Source: Azolla caroliniana (taxonomy: Eukaryota > Plantae > Polypodiophyta). Taken from it: a stretch of 64,000 nt of DNA. The position numbers and the translations under genes were made by a program. The stretch is from positions 7,006,001 to 7,070,000 of the forward strand of contig JBHGNT010000010.1 of NCBI GenBank assembly GCA_043228905.1. Direction: 5' to 3'. The notes under the pieces were generated by a model that did no database searches, had not been told where the DNA came from, and saw nothing but the letters and a program-made list of their open reading frames with translations. Positions 1 through 11,187 of the stretch are shown here, one piece after another (positions within the stretch are counted from its first letter, which is position 1; every line of letters begins with the position of its first letter).

Positions 1-3000
1 CTCTTCAGCAGCTCGTCCACCCATTGCTACGTTTAGACGAGCTAGCATTTGCTTCCTTGAGAGGCTATCTTGATCCTTATCAGGGAGTTGTGCTACCATT
101 CCGAGAGAAGAACCACGAGGAACAATAGTGGCTTTATGTACTGGCATTGCTCCATCTGTAGAGAGGGCGACAAGAGCATGCCCACCTTCGTGGTAAGCAG
201 TTAGTTTTCTTGATTCTTCAGATATGACTGCTGACTTCCTCTCACTACCCATCATTATTCTGTCTTTGGCGTATTCAAGCTCTGACATGCCCACTGACTT
301 TGCACCATCCATGGCTGCCCTTAATGCTGCAACGTTGACGAGGTTTGCTAAATCGGCACCTGAGAATCCAGGCGTTCCTCGAGCAATTGTCATGAGATCC
401 ACGTCGTCAGACTTTAAAATCTTTCAGCAACAACAAAAGAGTTTTTAGCTTAGTTATCCATAAACTTTAACACTATTTAGCATATATCTAATTCCAAAAT
501 CAATAAATTTGAGAAAAATTGGACACAACAAAAGAAGATGTGCCTAGTTAAATAACTGAAATAATCAAAAGAATTGGCATAATAAAGCAAACATTTCCAA
601 GATTTCTAGTTTCAAGAATCACAATTTTTGAAGAAATTTGATGTAAGAAAGGAAAAATTAGCAACATTTGCAATAACATTTTGAGACTAACCATAATAAA
701 CCAAGCATATACAAGATCTCTAGTTTCATAATCATTTTGAACATTTTAGCTATATAAAACAAGTACGTTGGCAATATTTCTAGCTTAATAGCTTAATAAA
801 CAATAAGTACAAGTGATTTGGCATTATAAATCAAATCTCTGCACCAAATTCAAGAAACTTAATACAATAATGCGAAGATCTCTCTCAATATCTTTAGTTT
901 AAAAAATCAGTAACTTTGAGAAACTCAGCATACAACGCAATTAAGTGCAAATAATGTCTAGCCCAACTTACTTTAGACATGTGGTATTCTAAGATCTGGC
1001 GCCGACCCTCCACATCAGGATTTGGCACAACAACATGTCGATCGAAGCGTCCAGGACGAATAAGTGCTTTATCAAGGGACTCTGGAAAGTTTGTTGCCGC
1101 GATAACGATAATACCTTCATTCTGCTTAAAGCCATCGAGTTCTACTAAAAGTTGATTCAAAGTCATCCTAACGTATTGTTGATCTTTTGGGTTCCGGCTT
1201 CCTCCGATTGCATCAATCTCATCCATAAACACTATGCATGGAGATCTCTTCTTTGCAGCTGCAAAAAGATCCCGAACACGTCTTGCACCCACACCCACAA
1301 ACATCTCTTCAAACTCACTACCACTACAATAGAAAAAAGGGACTCCAGCTTCGCCAGCAATGGCACGTGCAAGCATGGTCTTGCCAGTACCTGGTGGACC
1401 AACTAATAGAACACCCTTTGGGAGCTTGCCACCTAGTACAGTAAAACGCTGAGGACAAAATTGTAACAAGTCAACCAAATAGTAATAAAAAAGCACAAAA
1501 GTAATAATAAAAAAAGTAACAAAATCAATGGATCGTCATGAAATTGGCAAAGTAACAATAAAGTAAACAAAATAGCAATACGGAAATCAACAAAATATTA
1601 AATGGAGAGCAATCTTCTAGTTAATTGTATGTTTCATGATTATGACACACCTTTGGGTCTCGTAAATAGCATACAATCTCTTCAAGTTCTGCCTTGGCTT
1701 CATCCACACCTTTGACGTCACTAAATTTTGTATTCGACTCTAAGCTCGGCTGTGGCTCCTCACTCAATCCTAGGCCTGCTGATGATGTGAAAACTAAATA
1801 AGCCAACAAAAATAACATGAAAAATGAATCAATTAATAATAATAACGCTCACCTTTTCCAATACCGCGGTCCTCAAAAAGCGCTCCTACAGCAGACACCA
1901 TAAGGAATGCCAGTGCTAAGGTCCGTATAGTCCGCCAAAATTGTTGCTTGAAACCACCCTCGGAAGTGACCATATGAATTGGTGAAGAAGAACTTCCTAG
2001 AATACCTTCTTTTGGTACACTACCTAGACTACCTAGACTGTTTAGTGAAGGCTGCGGGGTAGGCATAAAAGAGGCCCCATGACCATGTAATTGCCCTCCA
2101 ACACGAGCTTTCACTCCTGTTAACAATTCGTCAAAATAGTATGAACATGACGAATATTGTTTGAAAATTTTCAAAACTGAAGGGTACTTTGGTAAATTCC
2201 CCTTTTCTTTATCTTCAGTAAGTCAAATGTTTACCTTCCTGTAGAACCGAAAATAGTTCGCTCTTATCTAGTTTATCAGTTTTGACCAAAGCTTTCACAT
2301 ATTCGGCCAAAACACCAGGGCTGTACCATTGATGTGGGCGACTCCTTTCATACCATCCTACAACATATTCTGGGTCCCTTTTGTTGTATTCTTTCAGAAG
2401 TGATACTTCAACATCATCCGCATTTTGTTTCAGTCGTTTTGCCAAGTTGCCCATATATCCTGAAAGTGACCGTCTCTGTCCACCTATCCAACATAAACAT
2501 TTGAGGCTTCACAGTCATTCATTCAACCACACACCATGTTAACATCTCTTGGATTGACAAATGAGACAGAAGTATTGTGTCATTCCTATAGATAAATTTC
2601 GAGGGTGATTAGAAAAAATAATCGAAAGAGACCACCCATTCATAACATTATCTCTATTTAGATACCATCTCCAAAAGAATTCCAACTATTTTTGAGATTT
2701 GATAGGTGTTCGCCACGTTGTGGCATCACATACTTGCGTTAAAACGTGTGCTCTCAAATTTAATGGAGGAACCACGAGTAGATGTTGCAAATACTTTTAC
2801 GATGATGCTGTACAGAAACGTTATCTTCTATCTTAATTGCATAAAATATATGGTCTCAAATGAATGAAACATTCATCCATATATATTGCAAATTATTTTA
2901 CGATATGAAAGAATTACTGCCACGACAAAGGAGCTAGAAGTCTCAGACTAGCAACTTCCAGCATTCACTATGAAACACACAGGCACCAATATGGTTTTAA

Positions 3001-3395
3001 CTTTAAAAACAAAGAGTTAATCGTGTCATACCCTCATAAATAGAAGCAAAAGAACTTCCTTGGCATTGATATCTAGACAGAGTCCGGAAACTCCTTAAAA
3101 CTCCGCCATTCTGCTCCTCCAAAAAAAGAAAAAAAAAAAAAGATGCATAAAAAACCTTAGAAGATGAGACCTAAAACTTGTTCTTTACAATTAAATTCGA
3201 ATGCATCCAAATCAATAGAAATCTAGCTTATGGATCAACCAACAAACATTGAAGAAATTGAACCACAAAAGAATCAGGCATCAAAGCATACCTTCCAAAC
3301 AAGCAAAAAAACAAAACAAAACAACGGAACCAAAATACATATATACCTTCACAAGAGAGCATGCATACCTTCTTGAAAAGCTGGAGTGAAGCCAT
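1..3395 (-). CDS. FTSH4: Mitochondrial i-AAA ATP-dependent zinc metalloprotease FtsH4/YME1-like; multi-exon, 3' end runs off the left edge
   Basis: Phase-consistent GT-AG exons at 2235-2483, 1853-2116, 1651-1775, 972-1448 and <1-420. Probable N-terminal exons at 3369-3395 (ATG), ~3032-3116 and ~2733-2808. Motifs: [18 protein letters not shown], Walker A GPPGTGKT, Walker B VFMDEID, SRH RPGRFDR, and the HEGGH zinc motif near 180-195. Confidence 0.93.
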
Positions 3396-3448
3396 GACAC
3401 GGGGCCTTAGAGAAGAATTCAGCGGTGAGAGGTATCTACTGAAAACAG

Positions 3449-3490
<42 letters not shown>

Positions 3491-3864
3491 GGAGGAGGAG
3501 AGGGTTCAGAAGAATCGCTTCTCTAATTTTCTTCCTGAAACGTTAAAATTAGAGCAATAAATATATATATATACATAGAGAGAGAGAGAGAGAGAGAGAT
3601 TCATAACGTGGTAGGGGAAAGTATTACCTAGAAAAGGAGGAGGTAAGAGTTGTGGCAGGGGAGGATCGGAACCCTAATCCTCTGTTCTCTGCATCGTCTC
3701 TGCCTGTCCTTCAGGAAAGGGAAGGAGGTCAGAAATCAGAGTTCTGTGGAATGATGAATGTTAAAATAACATACAAAAAAATATCTCATTCTTTGGGCTT
3801 CATATTTTCACGGAATCCCCGAAATGCCCCTCCCCTCTCAAATGCCTAAATATGTACATATCCA

Positions 3865-3896
<32 letters not shown>

Positions 3897-4496
3897 ATAT
3901 ATACATAATCATAGAGGCTTTTTCATGTTTGAGGGGAGGGCAGGCACACCACCTCCTCACTCCTCACCAATCAACTCCGCGTGCTTTCTCGCCACGTCGA
4001 AACCTCTCGTAATGTGCTTTACGCCCCCCCCCCCCCCCCCTAGTCGGTCGACTAAATATCAAGCATTCATGGCCATGACTTAATTGCGGAACCGTCTTGT
4101 ACACACATCTTCTCCACACGACATATCTTGCTTGCTTCTCCTACAACTGTCCATCCCGTCAATCTGTCGAATAAATGCATGATTCATATTTGATAGCCAA
4201 CCAGCTAGATCGTCAAATAAATCATGCATTCCAATCATCTCTTGTCTTGCTAGCCTACTAAACCATCAAATAATTCATACATGGTCATGTGTTCCAATAA
4301 TCTCGTGCACATCTTTGTATCGATCGCTTCTCATGTCGGTGTCTCAGATCAACAACCTCATGAACTCCCAATAGCTCACATCTTATTGATCTCTATATGC
4401 GCCATATGTAAGCACATGATTATATCAATTGAATCTAAAAAACTTGAAATTGTCGTCACAACTTAATTTAGTGATGTTGATGCATGGGTAGTACGT

Positions 4497-4682
4497 AGTG
4501 GGTAAGCTCAAGCCTAAGCCGGGTCATTAAACAGTTTGGCGGTTTGGCAATCGGTTTGGCTCTGTTCAGGCTTAAGCTTTGTAAACTAGTCTGAGGAACT
4601 GAACCGGATGTGGCCAAACCAATTAAGGCTAAACGGTTTTTCCAAACCAGTTAAGCCGAAACTGAACCGTTGCTAAATCCTA
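4497..4682. mobile_element. Fragment of a hAT-like non-autonomous element (one end)
   Basis: Clustered AAACCG/CGGTTT subterminal motifs. The end (GAACCGTTGCTAAATCCTA) resembles the right end of the element at 15620-16199. Confidence 0.5.
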
Positions 4683-4949
4683 AAAGTGGGACACATTGAA
4701 GTGCAAATAGATAGGATATGCAGGCCACCAAGGAGAAAATCTCACTTTCTCTAATAAACAAAATTACAAAATCAATACGCCTTACACCATCTGTGGATAT
4801 GCCTTTCCCTCATGTCTACCATCGAACATGAAAGCATTGTTGGGCGTCATAGCAAGCTTTTGTATTTTAACCAATCCACTTGTATTACGTAGCCTGATCC
4901 CATATTATAAAGTGTCAACTATATATTTCGATCATACTAAATATGTAAT

Positions 4950-5425
4950 TCATATTAGGAAAAGTACAAAAGAACATTCTCGATCTCAAAGAATAAGAAT
5001 AAGATAATTAACGGTGGACGGAAGAAGTTAAAGGTTGAATAAGCATTAAAGAGGGAATACCCAACATAGTCGATGATAGGAGGCATGTGCTCACATTGTC
5101 CAACTTACAGACTAGGTTTAGGACACTTATGTAATTATACTAAAGTTCAGTCCGTATATAAATTGAACTTGTAACCTAGTCGGAAGTGTCATTGTGACCT
5201 CCATTCATTGTAACTTTGAGATTTGAGTAATACAGTTACAGTCTTCTGCCTATCTCTATCTCTCTCTTTGTATCTGTTCTTGATGTTGATGTGTTAAGTT
5301 TATCTCTATTGCTTAATTTGTTTTACTTGTTGATCTTGTCTACACCTACTTCTTGTTCTTCAACCTATGGTGCTACTTTGTATTCCGCACTGACATCCTC
5401 AACTTCCAGCATCTAGTATCAGAGC
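4950..5425 (+). mobile_element. Degenerate LTR with tRNA-iMet-type PBS (left boundary uncertain)
   Basis: ...CCAGCA followed by TAGTATCAGAGC (5414-5425), one mismatch to TGGTATCAGAGC. LTR-like TATA and T-rich U5 upstream. Confidence 0.35.
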
Positions 5426-5869
5426 GAAGGTTCTTCTTTCTACTATCGGCCATTATTTGTCTTCATCAGCACTTATGTTTGTTGGTTGGTGGGACAAGGT
5501 GTGAAAGGAGACAAAATGAGCCGAGCACAAACAGCCAAATAAAGGGAACTAAGTATTAAGGAGAGATTGAAACACGCCATGCTCCCTAGGAATAGGAAGC
5601 ATGGAGGATGATATAAATACTGAGTGATTGGAAGAGCAAAGGGGGGAATATTAGTAGGCAAGAAGTGTAAACGAGAGAGGGAGAGTGAGTGTTATACCGA
5701 CAGTCGATCAGTACTTGTATCTGTATGTATTCATAATCAAGTATTCTTTCTTGTGGGGTAATCTTGTGTGCTAACGTTTTTGCGGATATCCACGTGTACG
5801 TGTCAGATTGGGCAGGACCACGGGGGTCTTGGACTAGGGAGTTGGAGACAGAGAGGCTACTGAGCTTGT

Positions 5870-6566
5870 TGTTGGGAGACAGGTCCCTCCGGATGGGAAG
5901 GAAGAAGAACAATGCCAATGAACAAACTCGGTCGAGGCCGAAACCGGATGAGGAGGACCCGGCTACGGAGAGCCGGATGGTGCAGGCCCGGTATGAACCG
6001 GATGAGGAGTACTCGGCTACAGAGAGTCGGATGGTGCAGGCCCGGTATGAACCGGATGAGGAGTACTCGGCTACGGAGAGCCGGATGGTACAGACCCGGT
6101 GAGAACCGGATGAAGAGACATATTCGTAAATATGTTTCTGAGAGCCCATCGTGGCTACATTTGTAAATAGACGAAAAGTCATATTAGTATAAATATGACT
6201 TAGGGCAAACTTTTAGTTGTTGTTGTCATTTTTCTTGTTGGTGCAAGAAGCAGAGACAGTACGTAACATTGTATAGAGAGAGAGAAAGAAAGAGGTCGTT
6301 GCCTCTGTTGTAACCGCCGCCTGTGGCGAAGATCGTGAGTCCGAGGTCGTTGCCTCCGTGAACTCACTGTTTTGTACATTCTTACATAGTGACAGTTTGC
6401 AGCCTGTGGGCTACCGTGGTTTTTCCCCTAGTTTGGGGTTTTCCACGTAAACCTCCTGTGTATCTTCCTCTCCTTTTGTGTCGTGTTTTATTTCCCGTTT
6501 TCTGTGTATCATTCTACGCTCGATTGTGGCCGAGCGTCGTGCATAAGGAACATCGGGTTCCTGTCA
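5870..6566 (+). mobile_element. Solo LTR of a Copia family related to the element at 19908-36780
   Basis: TGTTG...TGTCA termini and a perfect 5-bp TSD CTTGT (5865-5869, 6567-6571). Clear similarity to LTR 19908-20622, including CCGG-rich U3 repeats (54-bp unit). Confidence 0.92.
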
Positions 6567-8090
6567 CTTGTAGAGACCTAACCGACTCGTTTGACGGAGT
6601 TCTTCGGCGATCGCGCGGGTTCCGAAAACCTATGTCTGATCCGGCCTTGTCATCAGATTCCATAAATGAGCACATGAGCTCACAAACTCGGTAGAAATGT
6701 GAGCAATAGAGTGGGAGAGGAAAAGCAATGCCTCCGAAACACAGAAACGGAGATATGAATTAGAGCCTAACACAAAAAAAAAAACGTTGGATACAACGAA
6801 CCACAGATAAATTAACAAATAGAGAAGAATACAATCAGACTTCACTAGTGATAGAGCTTCGAGCTCTACACACACGCACACACACGCACACGCACGCACG
6901 CACGCACGCACGAACACATGTGAGCCTCTAGTCAGAAGCACACGAGCTTCCTGCACGAGCAGAGACCTCACCTTCCTTCCACGGATAAGCAGGATAGGAT
7001 ACCGACCACTCAGAGCACAAAACAACAACCTCTTCTCTTCCAAAACGATGGATGCCGAAAACAGACTCCCTCCCTTCCTTTTATATCTCAAGGAGAGGGA
7101 GGGTCAATGTTACATCAAGTTGTTATTACAGCCGCTTATGTAAGAGATCCTCTCCTTGATCTCCTCCCATCACTCACTTTATTCCCCTCCTTTCGAGGGA
7201 TCTTAAAAGCACGTATTAAACACTCTACCTAGTACTTATAAATACTTTATATTTACATTCTTTTATACATTAGATCCAGTTTATGTGCATAGTTGCACCC
7301 CCGTGTTCACACGCATTCGACAAGCTTTTCTCCCCTTTGCCGAAATCCTCCACGACATCCACCCTCACCAAACCGCACATCCTCCAGCATGTGCCAAGCA
7401 ACAAAGTGGTGGAGATTCGAGCTCGGTCCTTAATCGTCCTCCTCTAAACCGTCACCAATCGGGTCCTCATCCGACTCCCCGTCTTCGTCGGGTCCTCGTC
7501 CTCCACCTCTGGATCCGGTTCAAACTCCTATCGCTTCTTGAAGGCTTTTATCCGCTTCCCCGCAACCGGTACCGCTATCCTCGTCCCGTCGAGCTCCGCA
7601 AGGTGAGACATGGCGTTGTCGTTGACGTTTGTCACCACATACGGCCTGAACCATCGTCTCGCGAACTTTCGTGTTGACTAGTGTTGGTTGTCGAGGCTAC
7701 TGTCATAGACCAACACCCAATCGCCTTCTTCTATTTTTCTCGGTCGCAGTCGGTGCATTCAATCGAACTGCTCCTTGTTCGTTAGCTACGCCTCCTGCAA
7801 TTTCGCCCTCGCTCATTCCATGTCCTCCGGCCACCTCTCGAGTTGTCCCATCCTCGTGGTCAACAGCTCCTCCCGACTCATCTCATTTGCCCAGTTGACT
7901 GCCACCCATGATGTGATCGTCTGTTCCACCGACATGATTGGATTTTGTCCGAACATGAGCTCGGCCAACATGTACCTTGTTACCGAATTGTGCGTAGTTC
8001 GGTCGGTCCACAATGCATATGGTAGAAGTTGCTGCCAGTTTCGGACTCGTCCATCGCACGTGCGTACGATGGCCTTCACGATCGGCCCGT

Positions 8091-10223
8091 TGAAAGACAG
8101 ATATGCACGGAAACGTATGTGAGGATCTGTCGGTTATGCTCAACAAACAACCCAAAGGGAAGGCAAGAAGATATAGACAAATGATAGATACACACAGATA
8201 AAGCTTTAATGGAAGCTCTCCTTATTTCTGTTCTCTCTCTCTCTTAGAGACTCGATGTACATGATGATCAAGTGATCTCTTCTTTACAACGTTATGTTAT
8301 TGCTTATATACTAAGCCCTAACTATATGGACGAGTTCACACTAGGATACAAGGTGGAAGGAGTCGGCCTTTTATGCCAACAAACTCCCTCGTAAAAGGAC
8401 TACTCTTTCCTACATGTAGATGTGTTTGGGATTGTCTCCCTTGTAAACCTAGATTACAACACTAATCAAGATTTATGCTACAAGTCGGTCGGCATAGGCG
8501 AGGTCCATGTCGAGCCTAGCATGGCTCATTATCATGATTGATTTGGTCAACTCTTACCTTCTGCTCCTCGTTCGGCTTTCTTCTGCTCGGTCGCTTGTTG
8601 TAGTCCCATCTTTTTCCTTAGTGCTCCGAAGCGTTGATTTGGGAGTGATTTTGTCAGGCAATCGACAACGTTCACCTCGGTGTCGATCTTTCGGACTCCG
8701 GGCCTCTTCTCAGTTATAAGCTCCTGGATGTGATGATATCGTACCTCAACGTGCTTCGTCTTTGTGTGATAGACGAGATTGTTAATGAGGGGAATTGCGC
8801 TCTGTGAGTCGCAATAGATGGTCAGCGTTGGTTGGTCGATTCAACTTGTAGATGAGAAGTTGGTAGACAATCGGTGCAGCCAGATCGCTTCCTTCGTTGC
8901 CTCCGATATTGCTATGTACTCGGCCTCTATGGTCGACATGGCCGTGCACTCTTGAAGCATCGACCTCCATCATATTGCATCGCCACCATAGGTGTAGCCT
9001 TGAGTTCGGCTGAGATTGTCAAACCAAAAGTCAACTGTGTATCTTCGGTCCCTCTCAGGTACCTGAAGATGTGCTTGACGGCCTCCCAATGCTTCCGTCA
9101 TGGGTTTGACATGTACCGGCTGACCACTCCTACGACATAGGCTAGGTTAGTCGAGTCGCCACCATTACGTACATGATACTTTCTACAGCCGATGCATAGG
9201 GCATCTTTCCATTAAGCTCACTCTCCTTGTCCTTGAAGGAGAGTCTTTATCCGATAGTCGGATTGACATTGGAAGCGGTGTTGGTGCTGGCTTCGCATTC
9301 TGCATGTTGAAGTGCCTCAGCACCTTCCGGATATAGTCGGATTGGGAGAGTCAAGGAGTCTTGGTCATCCAATTTCGCTCGATCATCATGCCCAGTATGT
9401 GATGGGCTTGTCTGAGTTCCTTCATTGTGAACTTGTCTTGAAGGCTCTGCTTTAGCTTTCCGATCTCTACTTGATTACTTCCTGCAATCAGCATATTGTC
9501 GACATATAGGATTAGATAAATCCTAGACTCGTCAGCTAGTTGCCGTACTCGGCTTATAGCTTCTCCCATAATGAGAACGTTGTCGTCTCTTTTACCATGC
9601 TGAAGTAGACGTTTTCGGCTAGGTGCATTCAAATGGTGGAGCATGCAATTTCGTCCATTGATCTCCACTCATCGGCTGACATTGAAGCAAGCTTTTCGGA
9701 GTGTCGAATGGGCTCAGCTTGTCTTCGAATAATCAATACATCTTGCATCATCTCCTTCCATAGGGCAAAGTTTTTGCCGTCGAATTTTCGGATCTCAACT
9801 TCTGTACCGGATGTTGATGCCATGATTCTTTTGAAAGTGAGATTTGCTAGCCTGGTCTTTCTTTCTTTTTTCTTTCAACCCCTTTTTCTTGTTGTTTGTT
9901 GCCATCGAGCCGCGGATCGCTCTGATTCCAGTTGAAAGACAGATATGCGCGGAAAGGTATGTGAGGATCTATCGGTTATGCTCAGCAAACAACACAGAGG
10001 GAAGGCAAGAAGATATAGACAAATGATAGATACACACAAATAAAGCTTTAATGGAAGCTCTCCTTATTTCTGTTCTCTCTCTCTCTCAGAGACTCGATGT
10101 ACAGGATGATCAAGTGATCCCTTCTTTACAACGTTAGGTTATTGCTTATATACTAAGCCCTAACTATATGGACGAGTTCACACTAGGATACAAGGTGGAA
10201 GGAGTCAGCCTTTTATGCCAACA
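8091..10223 (-). mobile_element. Internally deleted, non-autonomous Ty1/Copia element
   Basis: 291-bp LTRs at 8091-8381 and 9933-10223. PBS TGGAATCAGAGC (minus, 9919-9930); PPT at 8382-8390. Gag start (MASTSGTEVEIRKFDGKNFALWK) is joined directly to RT/RNase H remnants (YLILYVDNMLIAG). Decayed TSD CCCGT/CCTAT inside a Gypsy integrase. Confidence 0.9.
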
Positions 10224-10687
10224 CCTATAACCCCTTTCGACCTTCCCATTGACCTCCGGATTGTATGTCGTTGTGAGGGAGAGCTTGACCCCTAGTTGGT
10301 CGAACAACTCCTCGGCTTCACTCGTAATGACCACTTACGTACATAACCAAAAGGGTTACATTGTAGGTGAGCTAGTTACATTGTAGGTGAGCCGTTTCAT
10401 TGTATATATGCTCATTACATGGGAGTATTAAATTATAGTGCATGGTAATGGTTACATACATAAATAAACAGAAGGTTTTTAAGTTAACCCCAATTTGTAT
10501 TTATGCAACTTCTTGTAATGTTTTTGTTTGTTGAATAGAGGAGTAATTTCTAGGTGCTTGTAGACTCTCTCTCTCTGTCTCTGTCTCTGTCTCTCTCGCT
10601 AGATTGTCAATAAGTCTAATAAAATAAAGATTATGCTTGTTAAGAACCAGAAAAAAGATAAGCCATACAATAATAAGCCACTTCAAT

Positions 10688-11143
10688 GTATGGAAAACTT
10701 CAAATATCTTGGGCTTGAAGTTCCTTCAAATCATATATGGAATTAATGTGCTACCCACTGTCTAGAGGCGGGAAAGAGGGCATATTATGCATTTGAGAAC
10801 ACATGCGAACATGGAGAAATTAAGCGTTGAGATAGGGCGTTGGGGCACAAGCGACAAGAGTGGTCCACTCTGCACACTTTGCCCAAAAATGGTTCAGGAG
10901 TCTCAGTATCACACTTTGATACAATGCTCTACGTTTGTTCAGATTCAATTATGCTTTCCACATGTCTTTGACCAAACACAATCCTTGCATGTATTTCTCT
11001 CACAATCATAATGTTCCCTTTCGATTGCAACATTCATTGGTAAAGTTCTTGAACATCGAGAGTTGCTAATCACTTCACGTGTATTACATGAAATGTAATA
11101 TTTTTTATCTCATAGGTCATATTTGACCTTTGAAGCCAATAAT

Positions 11144-11184
<41 letters not shown>
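10688..11184 (+). mobile_element. 3' fragment of an RTE/RTEX-like LINE with (CT)n tail, internally deleted
   Basis: Homologous to 38945-39070, 39700-39970 and 41267-41341. Encodes VEIGRW...CTLCP...ESQYHTLIQC and ends AATAAAA(TC)n. Confidence 0.8.

Positions 11185-11187
<3 letters not shown>

Larger units (their letters stand above)
5778..10340 (-). mobile_element. Ty3/Gypsy relic: 3' LTR (5778 to ~7291-7322) plus integrase C-terminal half, interrupted by a solo LTR and a deleted Copia
   Basis: Joining 10224-10340 to 7813-8090 gives LFDQLGVKLSLTTTYNPEVNGKVERG(H/Y)GPIVKAIVRTCDG...LPYALWTDRTT...AELMFGQ (integrase). A purine tract at 7325-7338 (minus) precedes TGTCGA. The U5 end at 5778 aligns without gaps to the end of element 14734-15510 and is preceded by ACGT. 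Confidence 0.65.

Noticed and set aside
5586-6182. ORFs with 18-aa repeats (EPDEEYSATESRMVQARY and the antisense equivalent)
   Set aside because: Translations of the 54-bp U3 repeats of a solo LTR. Sibling LTRs have 28- and 40-bp periods that do not keep frame.
5863-7326. Apparent AGCT/AGCT 4-bp TSD around TGTAGA...TCGACA
   Set aside because: Homology to the 15510 terminus places the LTR end at 5778, and the right side continues into a PPT and integrase, so the match is probably coincidental.
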